Below, piece after piece: positions 43,704-55,120 of a stretch of 64,000 bases of DNA. The stretch covers positions 192,001 through 256,000 of the forward strand of contig CAVQJC010000005.1 in assembly GCA_963712745.1 (NCBI GenBank). Reading direction: 5' to 3'. A program made the translations under genes and the position numbers. Below the pieces are notes generated by a model. The model made no database searches, was not told where the DNA came from, and saw only the letters and a program-made list of their open reading frames with translations. Position 1 is the stretch's first letter, and every line of letters begins with the position of its first letter. Source of the stretch: an uncultured Chloroflexia bacterium. Lineage in GTDB: Bacteria; Chloroflexota; Limnocylindria; Limnocylindrales; CSP1-4.

Positions 43704-43888
43704 GCCAAATGTCGGCGTGGTGACCCTTAGCGAGTTGCGCGCACGTTCATCGGGGGCCGCACTGCATGCCTATCCGTTCGATCAGCATGAAACGCCTGAT
43801 ATATCCGGCAATGTGCATGACTATGCACCGACCGTTATGTGTGAACTGGCCAGCTTCTGGCTAGTGGGCCCCTGGCATGACATTTGGC
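43704..43888. other. ~185-bp lower-GC imperfect hairpin element with terminal inverted repeat GCCAAATGTC/GACATTTGGC
   Basis: Perfect 10-bp terminal inverted repeat plus inner complementary segments. Confidence 0.55.
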
Positions 43889-43896
43889 AGTAGGCC

Positions 43897-44123
43897 CGCA
43901 GCTCCGCAGCTCCGCAGCTCCGCAGCGCGCGGCGCCGAGGTGGCTGGTGGCCCGGCCGAAGCTCCGCAGCGCGCGGCGCCGAGGTGGCTGGTGGGCCTTG
44001 GCGCAGCCCGCAGCTCGCAGCTCAGCAACTCCGCCGCGCAGCGCCGAGGTGGCTGGTGGGCCTTGGCGCAGCCCGCAGCTCGCAGCTCAGCGGCTCCGCA
44101 GCTCGCGGTGCCGAGGTGGCCGG
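43897..44123. repeat. Degenerate tandem array (gccgaggtggctggtgg / gcagctc units)
   Basis: ~65-bp period visible at 43976 and 44041. Confidence 0.82.
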
Positions 44124-44148
44124 TGGCCCCGCCGCAGCTGCGCGGCCG

Positions 44149-44997
44149 TCAGCGGCTCTTGATATTCTTCTTGACTTCCGGGGTGATGCGCACCGCGAGG
44201 CGCGGACTGTCGCCCCGCTTGCACAGGCCCTTGCCGTTGACCTGGCACTCGGTGACGATGGCGGCGACGCAATGTGTCCGCCCGCAGGGCGACCTACCGC
44301 TGAACGATCGCCACACCGGGGCTCCGCTCATACCCTGAGCCACAAAACCGGTCGTCACGAGCATGCGAGGATCGGAGAACGACTGCTGGACCCGCCCCTC
44401 GGTGCGCCACATCGTGAGGCCGTTCATGCCGGAGAACCGCGGATCGGCGGGATAGCCATTCATGCGCGTGAGCTTTCCCGGGGCCAACTTGCCGTTGCCC
44501 AGCTCGTTCGCCCACATCCCCAGGATCGCGTTCTTGGGGTACTCGCAGCTCTTGGGGACCGTGATGACCGCGTAGTCGTGGGCCCGGCTGCCGTAGAGGC
44601 GGTCCGACGAGTTCCGCTTCACGAACCTCGGGTGCGCCCACACGCTGGCCGCTCCGCACGCGGGGTAGCTCGAACCGCCCGCCGGCTGGCTGTAGCCTCG
44701 GTAGATGCGCACGCTGCCGGGCAGATCCTGTCGGAACCGGTAGTTGCGGTTCGCCGGGTCGCGGACCAGGCAGTGGGCAGCCGTCACGACCTTGCGCGGA
44801 GCCACGATGAAACCGGTGCACACGACACGGCCGCCGACGGTGACGAGCGTGGTGCCCCGGAACGGACGCTTGGTGAGCTTGGACGCCGGAACCTTGGAGC
44901 GGTCGAGCTCGGCGGCCTGGACGACGCCGAGGCCGGAGCCGAACGCCAGCAAGGCGATGACGGTGAAGACCAGGAAGCGTCCTGTCCAGCGGGTCAT
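44149..44997 (-). CDS. Secreted trypsin-like (V8-type) serine protease
   Basis: Signal peptide; VTAAHC, DYAVI, GMSGAP triad motifs. Confidence 0.9.
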   Translation of the reverse strand: MTRWTGRFLVFTVIALLAFGSGLGVVQAAELDRSKVPASKLTKRPFRGTTLVTVGGRVVCTGFIVAPRKVVTAAHCLVRDPANRNYRFRQDLPGSVRIYRGYSQPAGGSSYPACGAASVWAHPRFVKRNSSDRLYGSRAHDYAVITVPKSCEYPKNAILGMWANELGNGKLAPGKLTRMNGYPADPRFSGMNGLTMWRTEGRVQQSFSDPRMLVTTGFVAQGMSGAPVWRSFSGRSPCGRTHCVAAIVTECQVNGKGLCKRGDSPRLAVRITPEVKKNIKSR

Positions 44998-46421
44998 GCG
45001 GCGTCACCTCCGGCTGGCGAAACGCCCTCGACCGCGGGGCCGCGGTCGACAGCCGGGGCCGACTCCACCGGTCGTCCGCCAGCACGGGGGGAGATGCCTT
45101 CACGGATCGAGCGGCCAGGCCCGACGGGCGCGTCCTCCCGGGCGAGCTTGCGGTAGAGCGCGATGAGCCCGGTCGCGGTGTGGTCCCAGGTGTACTTGTC
45201 CAGGGCCACCTCCCGGCAGTGGGCCCGCAAGGCCTGCCGCTGGTCGGACGGCGCCGAAAGCAGGTCGGCGCAGGCGGCGGCGATGGCCGCCGGGTCGTCG
45301 ATGTCGACGCACACGCCGACGCCTTCCTCGCTGGTGAGCCGGCACTGTTCGTTGCCCCGGCTGACGACCACCGGTACGCCGGCCATGATGGACTCGAAGA
45401 GCTTGTTGGGCAGGTTCATGCGCTGGTTCAGGGTCCGCGGCGGCTGGCCCACAAAAGCGACATCGGCACTGGCGGTCCAGGGCATGAGGTCATCGGGCCG
45501 CACCGCGGGCAGCAGGTAGACGCGACCCGGGTGGGCTGCGACGGCCTCGGCGATGAAGGTCTCGAGCCGGCCGTAGCCCATGAACACGACTGCGGCGCCG
45601 AGCTCCATGAGGCGCGGCTGCGTGGCGGCAGCGACCAGTTCCTCGACGCCGCGGTCCACGGAGAAGCCGCCCTGGTAGAGGACGATCGGCCGCTCCGACT
45701 CGATGCCGGTGGCCTCGCGGATGCGGTCGGATCCGACGACACCGGGCTGGTCGGGGCGCCAGGCCGGCGGGCAATTCCAGAGGATGGTCGGCCGGGGCAC
45801 GCCCCAGCGACGCTCGACCAGGTCCGCTACCGGATCGCTTACGGCCAGGAAGGCCGAGCCGTCGCGGGCCCAGTCACGTTCCCGCCGGCGCACGATCTCG
45901 CGCACGATCCAGGGCATGCGCGCCAGTCGCGCCGCCTCGGTGTGATAGTCGGCGACGTCATATACGAAGCGGCCGCCGAGCCGGCGAGCAGCCTCGCGCA
46001 CGACAGGCAACACCACCAGCGATTGTGCGTGGAAGACCTCCGTCTCCGGGGCCGCCTCCGCGACGGCCTCGGCCCAGGGGCCGGCACGGCGGGCGTTGGC
46101 GATGATCTCCAGCGTGCGGCGGAGTGGGTGGCGCAGTCGGTCCAAGCCGGTGGGTGCGTCGGGCGGCAGCACCTGGCTGTCGTAGTCGAGGCCGACAAGT
46201 CGGCAGATGCCCTTGCGCATGCGCTGAGGCAGCGGCCTGAGGGCGTTGCTGATGCGGCGGTCGATCTCGAGACGGGTGAGCTGCACGCCCGGCGCCAACT
46301 CCTCCACTGCCGGCAGGCCGGGAGCCGACCAGCCCAGGATGCGCAGGCGGTGCCCGTCCGCCGCCAGCGAGGTCGCGGAGCGCAGGAAGCGCGAATCGAA
46401 CTCGAAGGGGTTGGCGGCCAC
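44994..46421 (-). CDS. GT4 glycosyltransferase (true start probably ~46466-46482)
   Basis: FDSRF, LYQGGF..RGVE, LPNKLFESIMAGVPVV; the frame is open upstream (LNITIV). Confidence 0.85.
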   Translation of the reverse strand: MAANPFEFDSRFLRSATSLAADGHRLRILGWSAPGLPAVEELAPGVQLTRLEIDRRISNALRPLPQRMRKGICRLVGLDYDSQVLPPDAPTGLDRLRHPLRRTLEIIANARRAGPWAEAVAEAAPETEVFHAQSLVVLPVVREAARRLGGRFVYDVADYHTEAARLARMPWIVREIVRRRERDWARDGSAFLAVSDPVADLVERRWGVPRPTILWNCPPAWRPDQPGVVGSDRIREATGIESERPIVLYQGGFSVDRGVEELVAAATQPRLMELGAAVVFMGYGRLETFIAEAVAAHPGRVYLLPAVRPDDLMPWTASADVAFVGQPPRTLNQRMNLPNKLFESIMAGVPVVVSRGNEQCRLTSEEGVGVCVDIDDPAAIAAACADLLSAPSDQRQALRAHCREVALDKYTWDHTATGLIALYRKLAREDAPVGPGRSIREGISPRAGGRPVESAPAVDRGPAVEGVSPAGGDAA

Positions 46422-46582
46422 GATGGTGATGTTCAGCCGGCCCGGCTGCAGCGCGTCGGTAACGATGGCGCCCGTTCTCCACGATCAGCTCCGGTCACGG
46501 CGACCTGAGCACTACTATGAACTCCAGCCTACCCCGGACCGGATAACTGGGCAGGAAGGCGGCCAGGTTCCGGCGCGTGGCG

Positions 46583-47365
46583 TCAACCCTCGTCTTCGGC
46601 GTGCGACATCTGGGCGGTGGGCCCGCGGCCGCGCAGCTCCTCCCAGCGCAATTGCAGCACCACCACCAACGCCTCCAGGATGATCGACTTGGACATCTTG
46701 CTGGTGCCCACCTCGCGGTCCTTGAAGACGATGGGCACCTCCGTGACGCGGGCGCCGGCGCGCGTGGCCAGGTAGGTGGTCTCGATCTGGAAGACGTAGC
46801 CACCCGAATGGACGCGGCCCCACTCCACCGCCTCGAGCGCGGCCCGGCGCCAGGCCTTGAAGCCGCCGGTGAGGTCGTTGGGCCCCAGGCGCAGCACGAA
46901 CTTGGCGAAGAGCGAACCGCCGCGCGACACGACCCGACGCAGGATGCCCCAGTCGCGGACCCCACCGCCGCGGGTGTAGCGCGAGCCGATGACGAGGTCG
47001 GCATCCTGCTCCAGCGGCGCCATCAGCGTGGGCAGGTAGTCGGGCGAGTGCGACCAGTCGGCGTCCATCTGCACGATGTGGCTGGCGCCACCCCGAAGCG
47101 CCACGGCGAAGCCGTCGATGTAGGCCTTGCCCAGGCCCTCCTTGCCCGCACGATGCTCGACGCTGATGCGCGGTTCCGCGGCTGCCAGCCGGTCGGCCAG
47201 CTCGCCGGTACCGTCCGGGGAGTCGTCGTCGACCACCAGCAGTCGGGCCCCGGGCAGGGCCGCCAGGATGGCCGCCGAGATGCCTTCGAGGTTCTCCGCC
47301 TCGTCGTAGGTCGGCAGCACCACCCAGGTGCCGGAGTAGCGTTCGCTGTCCGAGTGGTCGCTCAT
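46583..47365 (-). CDS. Polyprenol monophosphomannose synthase (Ppm1/DPM1-like GT2)
   Basis: VLPTYDE, VVDDDSPDGT, QMDADWSH, VIGSRY, DLTGGFK, GYVFQIE. Confidence 0.92.
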   Translation of the reverse strand: MSDHSDSERYSGTWVVLPTYDEAENLEGISAAILAALPGARLLVVDDDSPDGTGELADRLAAAEPRISVEHRAGKEGLGKAYIDGFAVALRGGASHIVQMDADWSHSPDYLPTLMAPLEQDADLVIGSRYTRGGGVRDWGILRRVVSRGGSLFAKFVLRLGPNDLTGGFKAWRRAALEAVEWGRVHSGGYVFQIETTYLATRAGARVTEVPIVFKDREVGTSKMSKSIILEALVVVLQLRWEELRGRGPTAQMSHAEDEG

Positions 47366-47414
47366 GGGCTCTCAGTCTACGGCGACTCGGCGCGATCGCG
47401 GCCTGGCGACCGCT

Positions 47415-47548
47415 GGGAGGGTCAGCGCAGCCTGGGTCGAGGGGTCGGCGCAGCCTGGGTCGAGGTGCCGGCGCCGCCTGGACGGGGAGGGTCAGCGCAG
47501 CCTGGGTCGAGGTGCCGGCGCAGCCTGGGCGGGGAGGGTCAGCGCAGC
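47415..47548. repeat. Tandem copies of the FlgD-Ig gene stop region
   Basis: gggagggtcagcgcagc x3 with gcagcctgggtcgagg sub-units. Confidence 0.85.
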
Positions 47549-49359
47549 TTGAAGGTGAAGCCGCGGGCGTTGATGCCACCGCCGGTATCGGTGCCGACGA
47601 TCTTGACCTTCATCTCACCGGCCTTGCCCTTGGACCTGGTCTTCAGCACGACCTTCCACTTGGTGTCGCTGAGACGCTTGATGTTCGTCTTGGGCACCTC
47701 GTACCGGTCCACGTTGCGCTGCTTGACGCTGACCACCGGCTTGCGCCCGAGAGGCTCCGCGCTGATGACGGTGAACTTGATGGTGTCGCCCCGGTCCAGC
47801 TTCCACGTGGGCGTGGACAGCTGGAAGGGCATGACCCGCACCTTCACGTCGTGGGCGTAGGAGCCGGCCGGACGGGCGACGCGGAAGCGAGCGGTATACA
47901 CGCCCCACGGCACATAGCCGCCCTCGCCGTTCTTGCCGTCCCAGCGGAAGCGCACCATTCCGGCGTCCATGGCCTGCTCTTCGATGCCTCGGCGCACGAC
48001 GTCGCCCTTGGCGTTGCGGATGACGACACTGACCGTGCCGTTGCGAGTGAGCGAGGCCTTGAGCGCTGAGGCCTGGGCCAGGGAGTCGCCGTCGTTGGCG
48101 TAGAACATGCCCGGGCTGGCCTTGGGCGCCTTCAGCGAGTTAAGGACCTTGGCCTTGACGCGACCGGGCTCACCCACATTGCCGGCCCGGTCCGTGGGCA
48201 CGAGCATGATCTGGTACTTGCCCTCATCGACGTCCTTGCCGTTCTTGTCCCGGCCGTTCCAGGAGATCGACCCGTTGCCCTTCAGTGCCCAGGTCGTCCA
48301 GCGCCTGACGATGCCGCCGTCGCGCTTGACCTTGACCTCGAGGAAAGCGCCCTCGGACAGGGAGTACGAGACCTTCAGGCTGTCGGCCACGCCGTCGCCG
48401 TTGGGCGTGAACACGGGCAGCGGGTCGTCGGCGGAGACGATGATCGAGCCCGGCTGCGTAGCCCTGACCTTGCTCACCACCGGCGCGGTCGTGTCCGGAG
48501 GCAGGGAACCCGACTCGCGCCACTCGGTGGTGGTGAAGCCAAGGTCGCCCGTGACCGCCCGCAGGTAGCCTTCGGCAGGGTCGGGGTCGATGTGGATGCG
48601 CGCGCCCGGGATGCGCTCGGAGTCGTAGTAGCCGGGGTCATCGCCGATCCAGCCGTTGCGCGGATTGACGTAGTCGCCGTAGCGCGTGCGGAAGACGGCA
48701 TCCATGGTGGCGTCCTCCTCGAACAGGGCGTTGATGACGTCGGCTCCCGGCTGCCAGCCGAGGGCCCAGACCACGCTGGCGCCGATCGACAGGAAGCCGT
48801 TGGCGTAGTTGTCCACGCGCTGGACGGCCACGTCCCGCGTCGGGATGGCCATGCCCGAAGACGCGTTGCCCGAGGCGTAGGAGAGGTGCGAGAGGATGAC
48901 CACCGCATCGGGCGCGAGCTGGATGTTCTCGCGCAGCCAGTTGGCACCCTTGTAGGCGACGTTGTTGGGACCTCGATTGGCCTCATCCTGGCGGTCCAGG
49001 CCGAGGCCGTTCTTGGTGTTCTCCTGGAACGGTCCGTACGCGCTGGGCCAGCCATTGCCGTGACCGACGTAGACCAGGAGGTCAGCTCCCTGGGCCTGCC
49101 GGATGACCCGTGACTGGGGTGCGTAGGGGTGGAAGATGCGGACGGTCTCCATGCCCTGGGCCTCGGCCGCGGCGGCGATGGCCTTGGCGTAGCCCTTGTA
49201 CTTGGTGGTCAGGCTGTGCACCGGGCCCGCGATCACGACGGCCTTCTTGGGCGCGGCGGCTTGCGCCTCGGTGACCCAGTTGAGGGCGGAGCTGGTCAGG
49301 ATGAGGGCTAGCACAGAGAGCACGACGGCCAGCAGGCGGACGGCGTCGCGTCGACGCAC
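47539..49359 (-). CDS. Secreted protein with FlgD-like Ig domains
   Basis: Signal peptide; FTPNGDG, WNGRDKNG, WDGKN; N-terminal alpha/beta domain with YVGHGNGWP. Confidence 0.75.
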   Translation of the reverse strand: MRRRDAVRLLAVVLSVLALILTSSALNWVTEAQAAAPKKAVVIAGPVHSLTTKYKGYAKAIAAAAEAQGMETVRIFHPYAPQSRVIRQAQGADLLVYVGHGNGWPSAYGPFQENTKNGLGLDRQDEANRGPNNVAYKGANWLRENIQLAPDAVVILSHLSYASGNASSGMAIPTRDVAVQRVDNYANGFLSIGASVVWALGWQPGADVINALFEEDATMDAVFRTRYGDYVNPRNGWIGDDPGYYDSERIPGARIHIDPDPAEGYLRAVTGDLGFTTTEWRESGSLPPDTTAPVVSKVRATQPGSIIVSADDPLPVFTPNGDGVADSLKVSYSLSEGAFLEVKVKRDGGIVRRWTTWALKGNGSISWNGRDKNGKDVDEGKYQIMLVPTDRAGNVGEPGRVKAKVLNSLKAPKASPGMFYANDGDSLAQASALKASLTRNGTVSVVIRNAKGDVVRRGIEEQAMDAGMVRFRWDGKNGEGGYVPWGVYTARFRVARPAGSYAHDVKVRVMPFQLSTPTWKLDRGDTIKFTVISAEPLGRKPVVSVKQRNVDRYEVPKTNIKRLSDTKWKVVLKTRSKGKAGEMKVKIVGTDTGGGINARGFTFKLR

Positions 49360-49562
49360 GTGACCGCCCGAACGGGTCGGCCCTGCGTCGGAGCGGTGGT
49401 GTGGGGCCATGTGCCCACCAGAGTCGAGCCGCACGAGCACACCGGCCATGCCGCGATGGTCACCGTCCCTCTGTCCGTATGGTCCCAGCACCGGTCCCCG
49501 GGCCAACCGGGGAGCGTTTCTCCCGGGCGACCGAGACACCCTGGCGAGGAGCGTCGTAGCGC

Positions 49563-50492
49563 TCATCCTTCGTCGGCCGCCTGTTCATCGGCGGCCTGTT
49601 CATCGGCGGCCTGTTCATCGGCGGCCGGCTGCTTGGCCCGGCTGGCGGCCTTGGCGGCCTTGGGATCCACGATGACGAGCACATGCTCGAGGTGCTCGAG
49701 GTCGGCAACCGGCGTGATGAGCGCGGTCTTGACGACATCGCCGGCCTCCTCGATGACGTCGATGACGTGGCCGATGGGGAGGCCCTTGGGGAAGCGGGAG
49801 CTGAAGCGCTTGCCGGCCTTGGCGCCGAGCGTGACCACCAGGTCCTTCTCGGAGATCTTCTCCGTGCGCGGGATCTCGAGCATGGCCAGCGGTGCCGAGA
49901 GCCGGCCCACCACGTTGCCGGTAGCGCCGGTGCGGTTGTCCAGCCCGTTGACCAGGAAGTTGGTGTCGGTGATGAGCATGACCTCGGCCCAGCCGTTGCC
50001 CACCTCTACCACCTGTCCGGCCAGGACGCCGCCGCTCGAGAGCACCGGGTCACCCTTGCCGATGCCGGCCTCCGACCCGCGGTCGAGCGAGATCAGGCGC
50101 TCGAACTGGGAGGAAACCTGCTGGCTCACGGCCGCCGCCACGGTCTTGTGGTCGGACATCTCGTTCTTGGTCTTGAGCAGCTTGTTGAGCTTGCGGTTCT
50201 CGGCCTCGAGCGCGTCGAGCGTGTCCAGCTGCTCCTCGAGGCGGGTGACGGCCGCGGTCAGCTCTTCGTTCCGGCGTCGCAGCGTATCCACCTCGGTGAT
50301 GGCATCGAGGACCGAGGTCACCGAGCGGGTGCCGTCGCCGAGCGTGTCCTGCACCGGTGCGATGGCGAAGCGAACGCCGTTGCGCAGTTCCTCCGCTGGG
50401 CCCGTGCGGCTGACCGCGAGCAGGCCCACCGACATCACGACCAGGACGACGAATCCGATGAGGCGGCGGCGAGCGTAGCGGTCCCTCAGCAT
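49563..50492 (-). CDS. mreC: Rod shape-determining protein MreC (AADEQ-repeat tail)
   Basis: TM, coiled coil ENRKL, LDRGS, LITD, FPKGLPIG; follows mreB. Confidence 0.9.
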   Translation of the reverse strand: MLRDRYARRRLIGFVVLVVMSVGLLAVSRTGPAEELRNGVRFAIAPVQDTLGDGTRSVTSVLDAITEVDTLRRRNEELTAAVTRLEEQLDTLDALEAENRKLNKLLKTKNEMSDHKTVAAAVSQQVSSQFERLISLDRGSEAGIGKGDPVLSSGGVLAGQVVEVGNGWAEVMLITDTNFLVNGLDNRTGATGNVVGRLSAPLAMLEIPRTEKISEKDLVVTLGAKAGKRFSSRFPKGLPIGHVIDVIEEAGDVVKTALITPVADLEHLEHVLVIVDPKAAKAASRAKQPAADEQAADEQAADEQAADEG

Positions 50493-50499
50493 GGGCGGC

Positions 50500-51558
50500 T
50501 CACCGCGGCGGTCTCGAGTACGTCTCGGCCACGAGCGCACGCTCCATGAACGGGTCGTCGATCGACTCGAGCACGATGCCGGTGCCGCGGACCACGCAGG
50601 TCAAGGGGTCGTCGGCGATATGCACGGGCATCTGCGTGGCCTCGGCGATGCGGCGGTCGAGGCCCTGCAGTAGCGCGCCGCCGCCGGCCAGCACGATGCC
50701 CTGGTCGACGATGTCGGCCACCAGTTCCGGCGGGGTCTCCTCGATGGTGTCCTTGATGGTGCTCACGATCTGAGCCAGGGAGGCGTCGATGGCCTCGCGC
50801 ACCTGCTCAGCGGTGATCTCGACGAAACGCGGGAGCCCGGTCAGCAGGTCGCGGCCACGCATGCTCACGTGCTGCTTGTCGTGCGGACCCGGGTAGGCGG
50901 AGCCGATGGCGATCTTGATGTCCTCCGCCGTGCGCTCACCGACGAGCAGGTTGTACTCGCGCCGAGCATAGGCGATGACATCTTCGTCGAGCTCGTCGCC
51001 GCCGACCCGCACGGAGCGCGAAACGACGATGCCGCCGAGGGAGATGACCGCCACCTCGGTGGTGCCGCCGCCGATGTCGACGATGAGGTTGCCGCTGGGT
51101 TCACTGATGGGCAGCCCGGCCCCGATGGCCGCGGCCATGGGCTCTTCCACGAGCCGGGCCCAGCGAGCACCCGCGTTGAGGGCCGCATCGCGGACGGCAC
51201 GGCGTTCGACCTCGGTCACACCGCTGGGGATGCCCAGCAGCATGCGCGGGCGGGGCACCAGGCCGACGCGGTCGTGCACTCGCTGGACGAAGTACTTGAT
51301 CATCTGCTCGGTGACGTCGAAGTCGCTGATGACGCCGTCGCGAAGGGGGCGGACCGGGGTGATGGAGGCGGGCGTGCGTCCGAGCATGCGCTTGGCCTCC
51401 GCGCCGATCTCGATGACCTTGCGGGTCTTGGTGTCGACGGCCACGATGCTGGGCTCGCTGATGACGATGCCGCGCCCACGCACGTGGACGAGCGTGTTGG
51501 CCGTGCCCAGGTCCATCCCGATGTCGCGGGAGAACGCACCGAAGAACGCGTCGATCAT
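50500..51558 (-). CDS. mreB: Rod shape-determining protein MreB
   Basis: DLGTANT, RPLRDGVI, EEPMAAAIG, DIGGGTTE, LAGGGALL. Confidence 0.97.
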   Translation of the reverse strand: MIDAFFGAFSRDIGMDLGTANTLVHVRGRGIVISEPSIVAVDTKTRKVIEIGAEAKRMLGRTPASITPVRPLRDGVISDFDVTEQMIKYFVQRVHDRVGLVPRPRMLLGIPSGVTEVERRAVRDAALNAGARWARLVEEPMAAAIGAGLPISEPSGNLIVDIGGGTTEVAVISLGGIVVSRSVRVGGDELDEDVIAYARREYNLLVGERTAEDIKIAIGSAYPGPHDKQHVSMRGRDLLTGLPRFVEITAEQVREAIDASLAQIVSTIKDTIEETPPELVADIVDQGIVLAGGGALLQGLDRRIAEATQMPVHIADDPLTCVVRGTGIVLESIDDPFMERALVAETYSRPPR

Positions 51559-51803
51559 CTCTGGCGACAGAGGCCTCCATAGGTGGCCGGACAGGGCCAC
51601 GGGCATGCTGGCACCAGCGACACGACCACACCCGCACGGCACGGGACAGCGGCGCGTCGGGCCGGAGCGGGCCACGGCGACCCGAGCGAGAGCCCTCCTC
51701 GACTCCCGACTCCAGTGCCGGGAAGTATAGACGTGCCACCACGCTTCCTATCGCCGGACGGCTCGTGGACTTCGGACCGACTGGCCCTGTCTGCGCGCCG
51801 GCG

Positions 51804-52646
51804 TCAGGTACGGTCGAAAGCGACGCCCCGGTCACGCAGGCTGACCCAGCTGCCATGTCCGATGACGAGGTGATCGAGCACGCTGATGTCTAGCAGTCGT
51901 CCGGCGGCCACCGCCTCCGCGGTCATGTGCAGGTCGTCGGGGCTGGGCGTCGGGTCGCCCGAGGGGTGGTTGTGGACGAGGATGAGACGGGCCGCGTGGA
52001 GGCGCACCGCGTCGCGGAAGAGCTCGCCGACACGCACCAGCGCGGCCGAGACGTTGCCGCGGTAGACGGTGGGCATGGCCAGCACCCCGTTGCGCGTGTC
52101 CAGCAGCACCACGCGCAGTTCCTCACGCTGGAGGTGTCCCAGCTCCGCGGTAAGGCGAGCCGCCAGATCGTGCGGTCCGCGGATGGTCCAGCGACCGGCC
52201 GGCCAGTCCACGACCGCGCGACGACCTAGCTCGAAGGCCGCGGTCAGCTGGGCGGCACGCGCAGGACCGACGCCCGGTACCCGCTCCAGCTCCCGTGGCG
52301 ATGAAGCGGCCAGGCCTGCCAGGCCGTCACAGCGCACCAGCGCATCCTCCGCCATTGCCGCCGCCGAGGCCTGACGCGAGCCCGATGTCCAGAGCAGACC
52401 GATGAGCTCGGCCGATGACAGGCCCGCCGGCCCGCGTGAGACCAGCCGCTCGCGTGGACGCTCCGTGGCGGGCAGCTCACGCACCGATGGCCGAGCGGGT
52501 CCCGCTGGCGGGCGAACGGGTGCTGCTGTCGTGCGTGCGGGTCCCGCTGGCGGGCGAGCGGGTGCTGCGGTCGTGCGTGGCGGTGCTGTCGTGGTGAGAT
52601 CTGGTCCTTCGGTCGCGCGAGCGGGTCCTGCGGTCGTGTCGGCCAT
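51804..52646 (-). CDS. radC: RadC (JAB domain) with repeat-expanded N-terminus
   Basis: ERPRERL, HNHPSGDPTPSPDD, LDHLVIG; GGGAGG RBS. Confidence 0.93.
   Translation of the reverse strand: MADTTAGPARATEGPDLTTTAPPRTTAAPARPPAGPARTTAAPVRPPAGPARPSVRELPATERPRERLVSRGPAGLSSAELIGLLWTSGSRQASAAAMAEDALVRCDGLAGLAASSPRELERVPGVGPARAAQLTAAFELGRRAVVDWPAGRWTIRGPHDLAARLTAELGHLQREELRVVLLDTRNGVLAMPTVYRGNVSAALVRVGELFRDAVRLHAARLILVHNHPSGDPTPSPDDLHMTAEAVAAGRLLDISVLDHLVIGHGSWVSLRDRGVAFDRT
52490..52632. repeat. 42-bp tandem repeat (RTTAAPxRPPAGPA) in radC
   Basis: gcgggtcccgctggcgggcga twice plus partial copies. Confidence 0.82.
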
Positions 52647-52942
52647 ACCGTCCTCCCAGCTGGCGGGCCGGCGGAGCATGGGCCCCGGGCCTGCCCGCGG
52701 TGATGGTGTCGTGGCGCCCCCGGGTCCGGACGACGAAGCCCGCCGATTCCCCCGCCGTCCGCTCCCGAGGGCAATGCGCAGCCTAGGCGACACCCCTTCA
52801 CGGTCCCTTGGCCCGGACTGCACCCGGGCTTTGGGGATAGTCTTCCGGCCGCGCCGACGCGCCGTTCAGCCACCCCGGCGCGTCCAGCACCGCCGAGGCG
52901 CCTCTGGCGGCCCCAACGCGCCTCAGCGGCCCCGACGCGCCT

Positions 52943-54017
<1,075 letters not shown>

Positions 54018-54032
54018 GGTATCTGGCTCGAA

Positions 54033-54938
54033 CTAGATCCCGGTCGTCGGCTGGGTGTTGCCCGCCGGCGCGCCGGTGGGGCCTGGCGGGCCGGAAGAGC
54101 CGGCCGCTCCGGAGCTGCGCGGTGCCGGCGCAGTCGGGCCTTGCGGCTGGCTGGGCGGCTGCGGGCTGGACGGCGGCGGCTTGGTGCTGGACGTCGTCGC
54201 CTGTGGGCCGGACTTCCGTGCCTCACCGCCCGGGGTCGATGTCGTCGAGGGCTTGGGCGCGTCCGGACCCTGGGAGCCGGGATTTCGGCCGCCTTGGGCG
54301 GGGGCGGCGTTCTGGCCGCTCGGTCCCGGGGCTCCCTGGCGTGGCGGAGCCGGACGAGCCGGTGGAGGCGGCGGCGGAGCCATGGGAGGCGTCTGCTGCT
54401 GCAGGCGCGGGACCGGCCGGGCCGAGGGCATGAACGCCGTCGTACCGGGCGCCTCTGCGCGCTCGAAGTCCTTGCCGCACCAGGCGCACAGCGTCCAATC
54501 GAGCTCGATGAGGTGCTCGCAGTTGGGACAGACGCGGCGCAGCCGGTTGCGGCAGGTGGGGCAGATGATCCAGTCTTCGTGGACCGGGCGCGAACAGTTG
54601 GCGCACTGGGCATGCGAGGCCACCTCGGCCAGCATGGCTTCCTCCGCGAGGGCTCGTTCGTTGACCTCGGCGATGGTCTCCTTTGGCCGGACGATGCGGT
54701 AGATCAGGAGGCCGAAGAGGAAGAAGATGGGCGTGAAGAGGATGATCGCCAGCGCCGCCACGTAGGGCGTCACTGCGCTTGCAGACCGCAGCCTCATGTC
54801 GCGATAGGCCCAGTACGCACTGGCCAGCCAGATGAGCACGATGTAGGCGACGATCACATAGATGATGGCCTGGAATGCGTCGCTCTCGACGACCCCGGTG
54901 AACGTGCTCTCTAGCTCTCCGAATAGCTCTTCAAACAT
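54033..54938 (-). CDS. Membrane protein with a double zinc ribbon and Pro-rich tail
   Basis: Two TM segments; CANC, CPTC, CPNC, CAWC. Confidence 0.85.
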   Translation of the reverse strand: MFEELFGELESTFTGVVESDAFQAIIYVIVAYIVLIWLASAYWAYRDMRLRSASAVTPYVAALAIILFTPIFFLFGLLIYRIVRPKETIAEVNERALAEEAMLAEVASHAQCANCSRPVHEDWIICPTCRNRLRRVCPNCEHLIELDWTLCAWCGKDFERAEAPGTTAFMPSARPVPRLQQQTPPMAPPPPPPARPAPPRQGAPGPSGQNAAPAQGGRNPGSQGPDAPKPSTTSTPGGEARKSGPQATTSSTKPPPSSPQPPSQPQGPTAPAPRSSGAAGSSGPPGPTGAPAGNTQPTTGI

Positions 54939-55038
54939 GAACGGCTGATCTCAACCTCTGCGGAAGATGGTGACGGCACCCCTCGCCGTCCACGGCGGGC
55001 CGAGTGTAGCAGCGGTCCGCGGGGCTGGCCGACGACAA

Positions 55039-55116
55039 GGCTGGGCGACGCCGATCACAGGCTGGGCGACGCCGACCGCGGACTCGGCGACGGACATCAC
55101 AGGCTGGGCGACGCCG
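55039..55116. repeat. Intergenic tandem repeat
   Basis: ggctgggcgacgccga x3. Confidence 0.8.
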
Positions 55117-55120
55117 AGAC

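Noticed and set aside
51804-52646. RadC as a mobile-element anti-restriction gene
   Set aside because: It is a full-length form in the conventional radC-mreB-mreC context.
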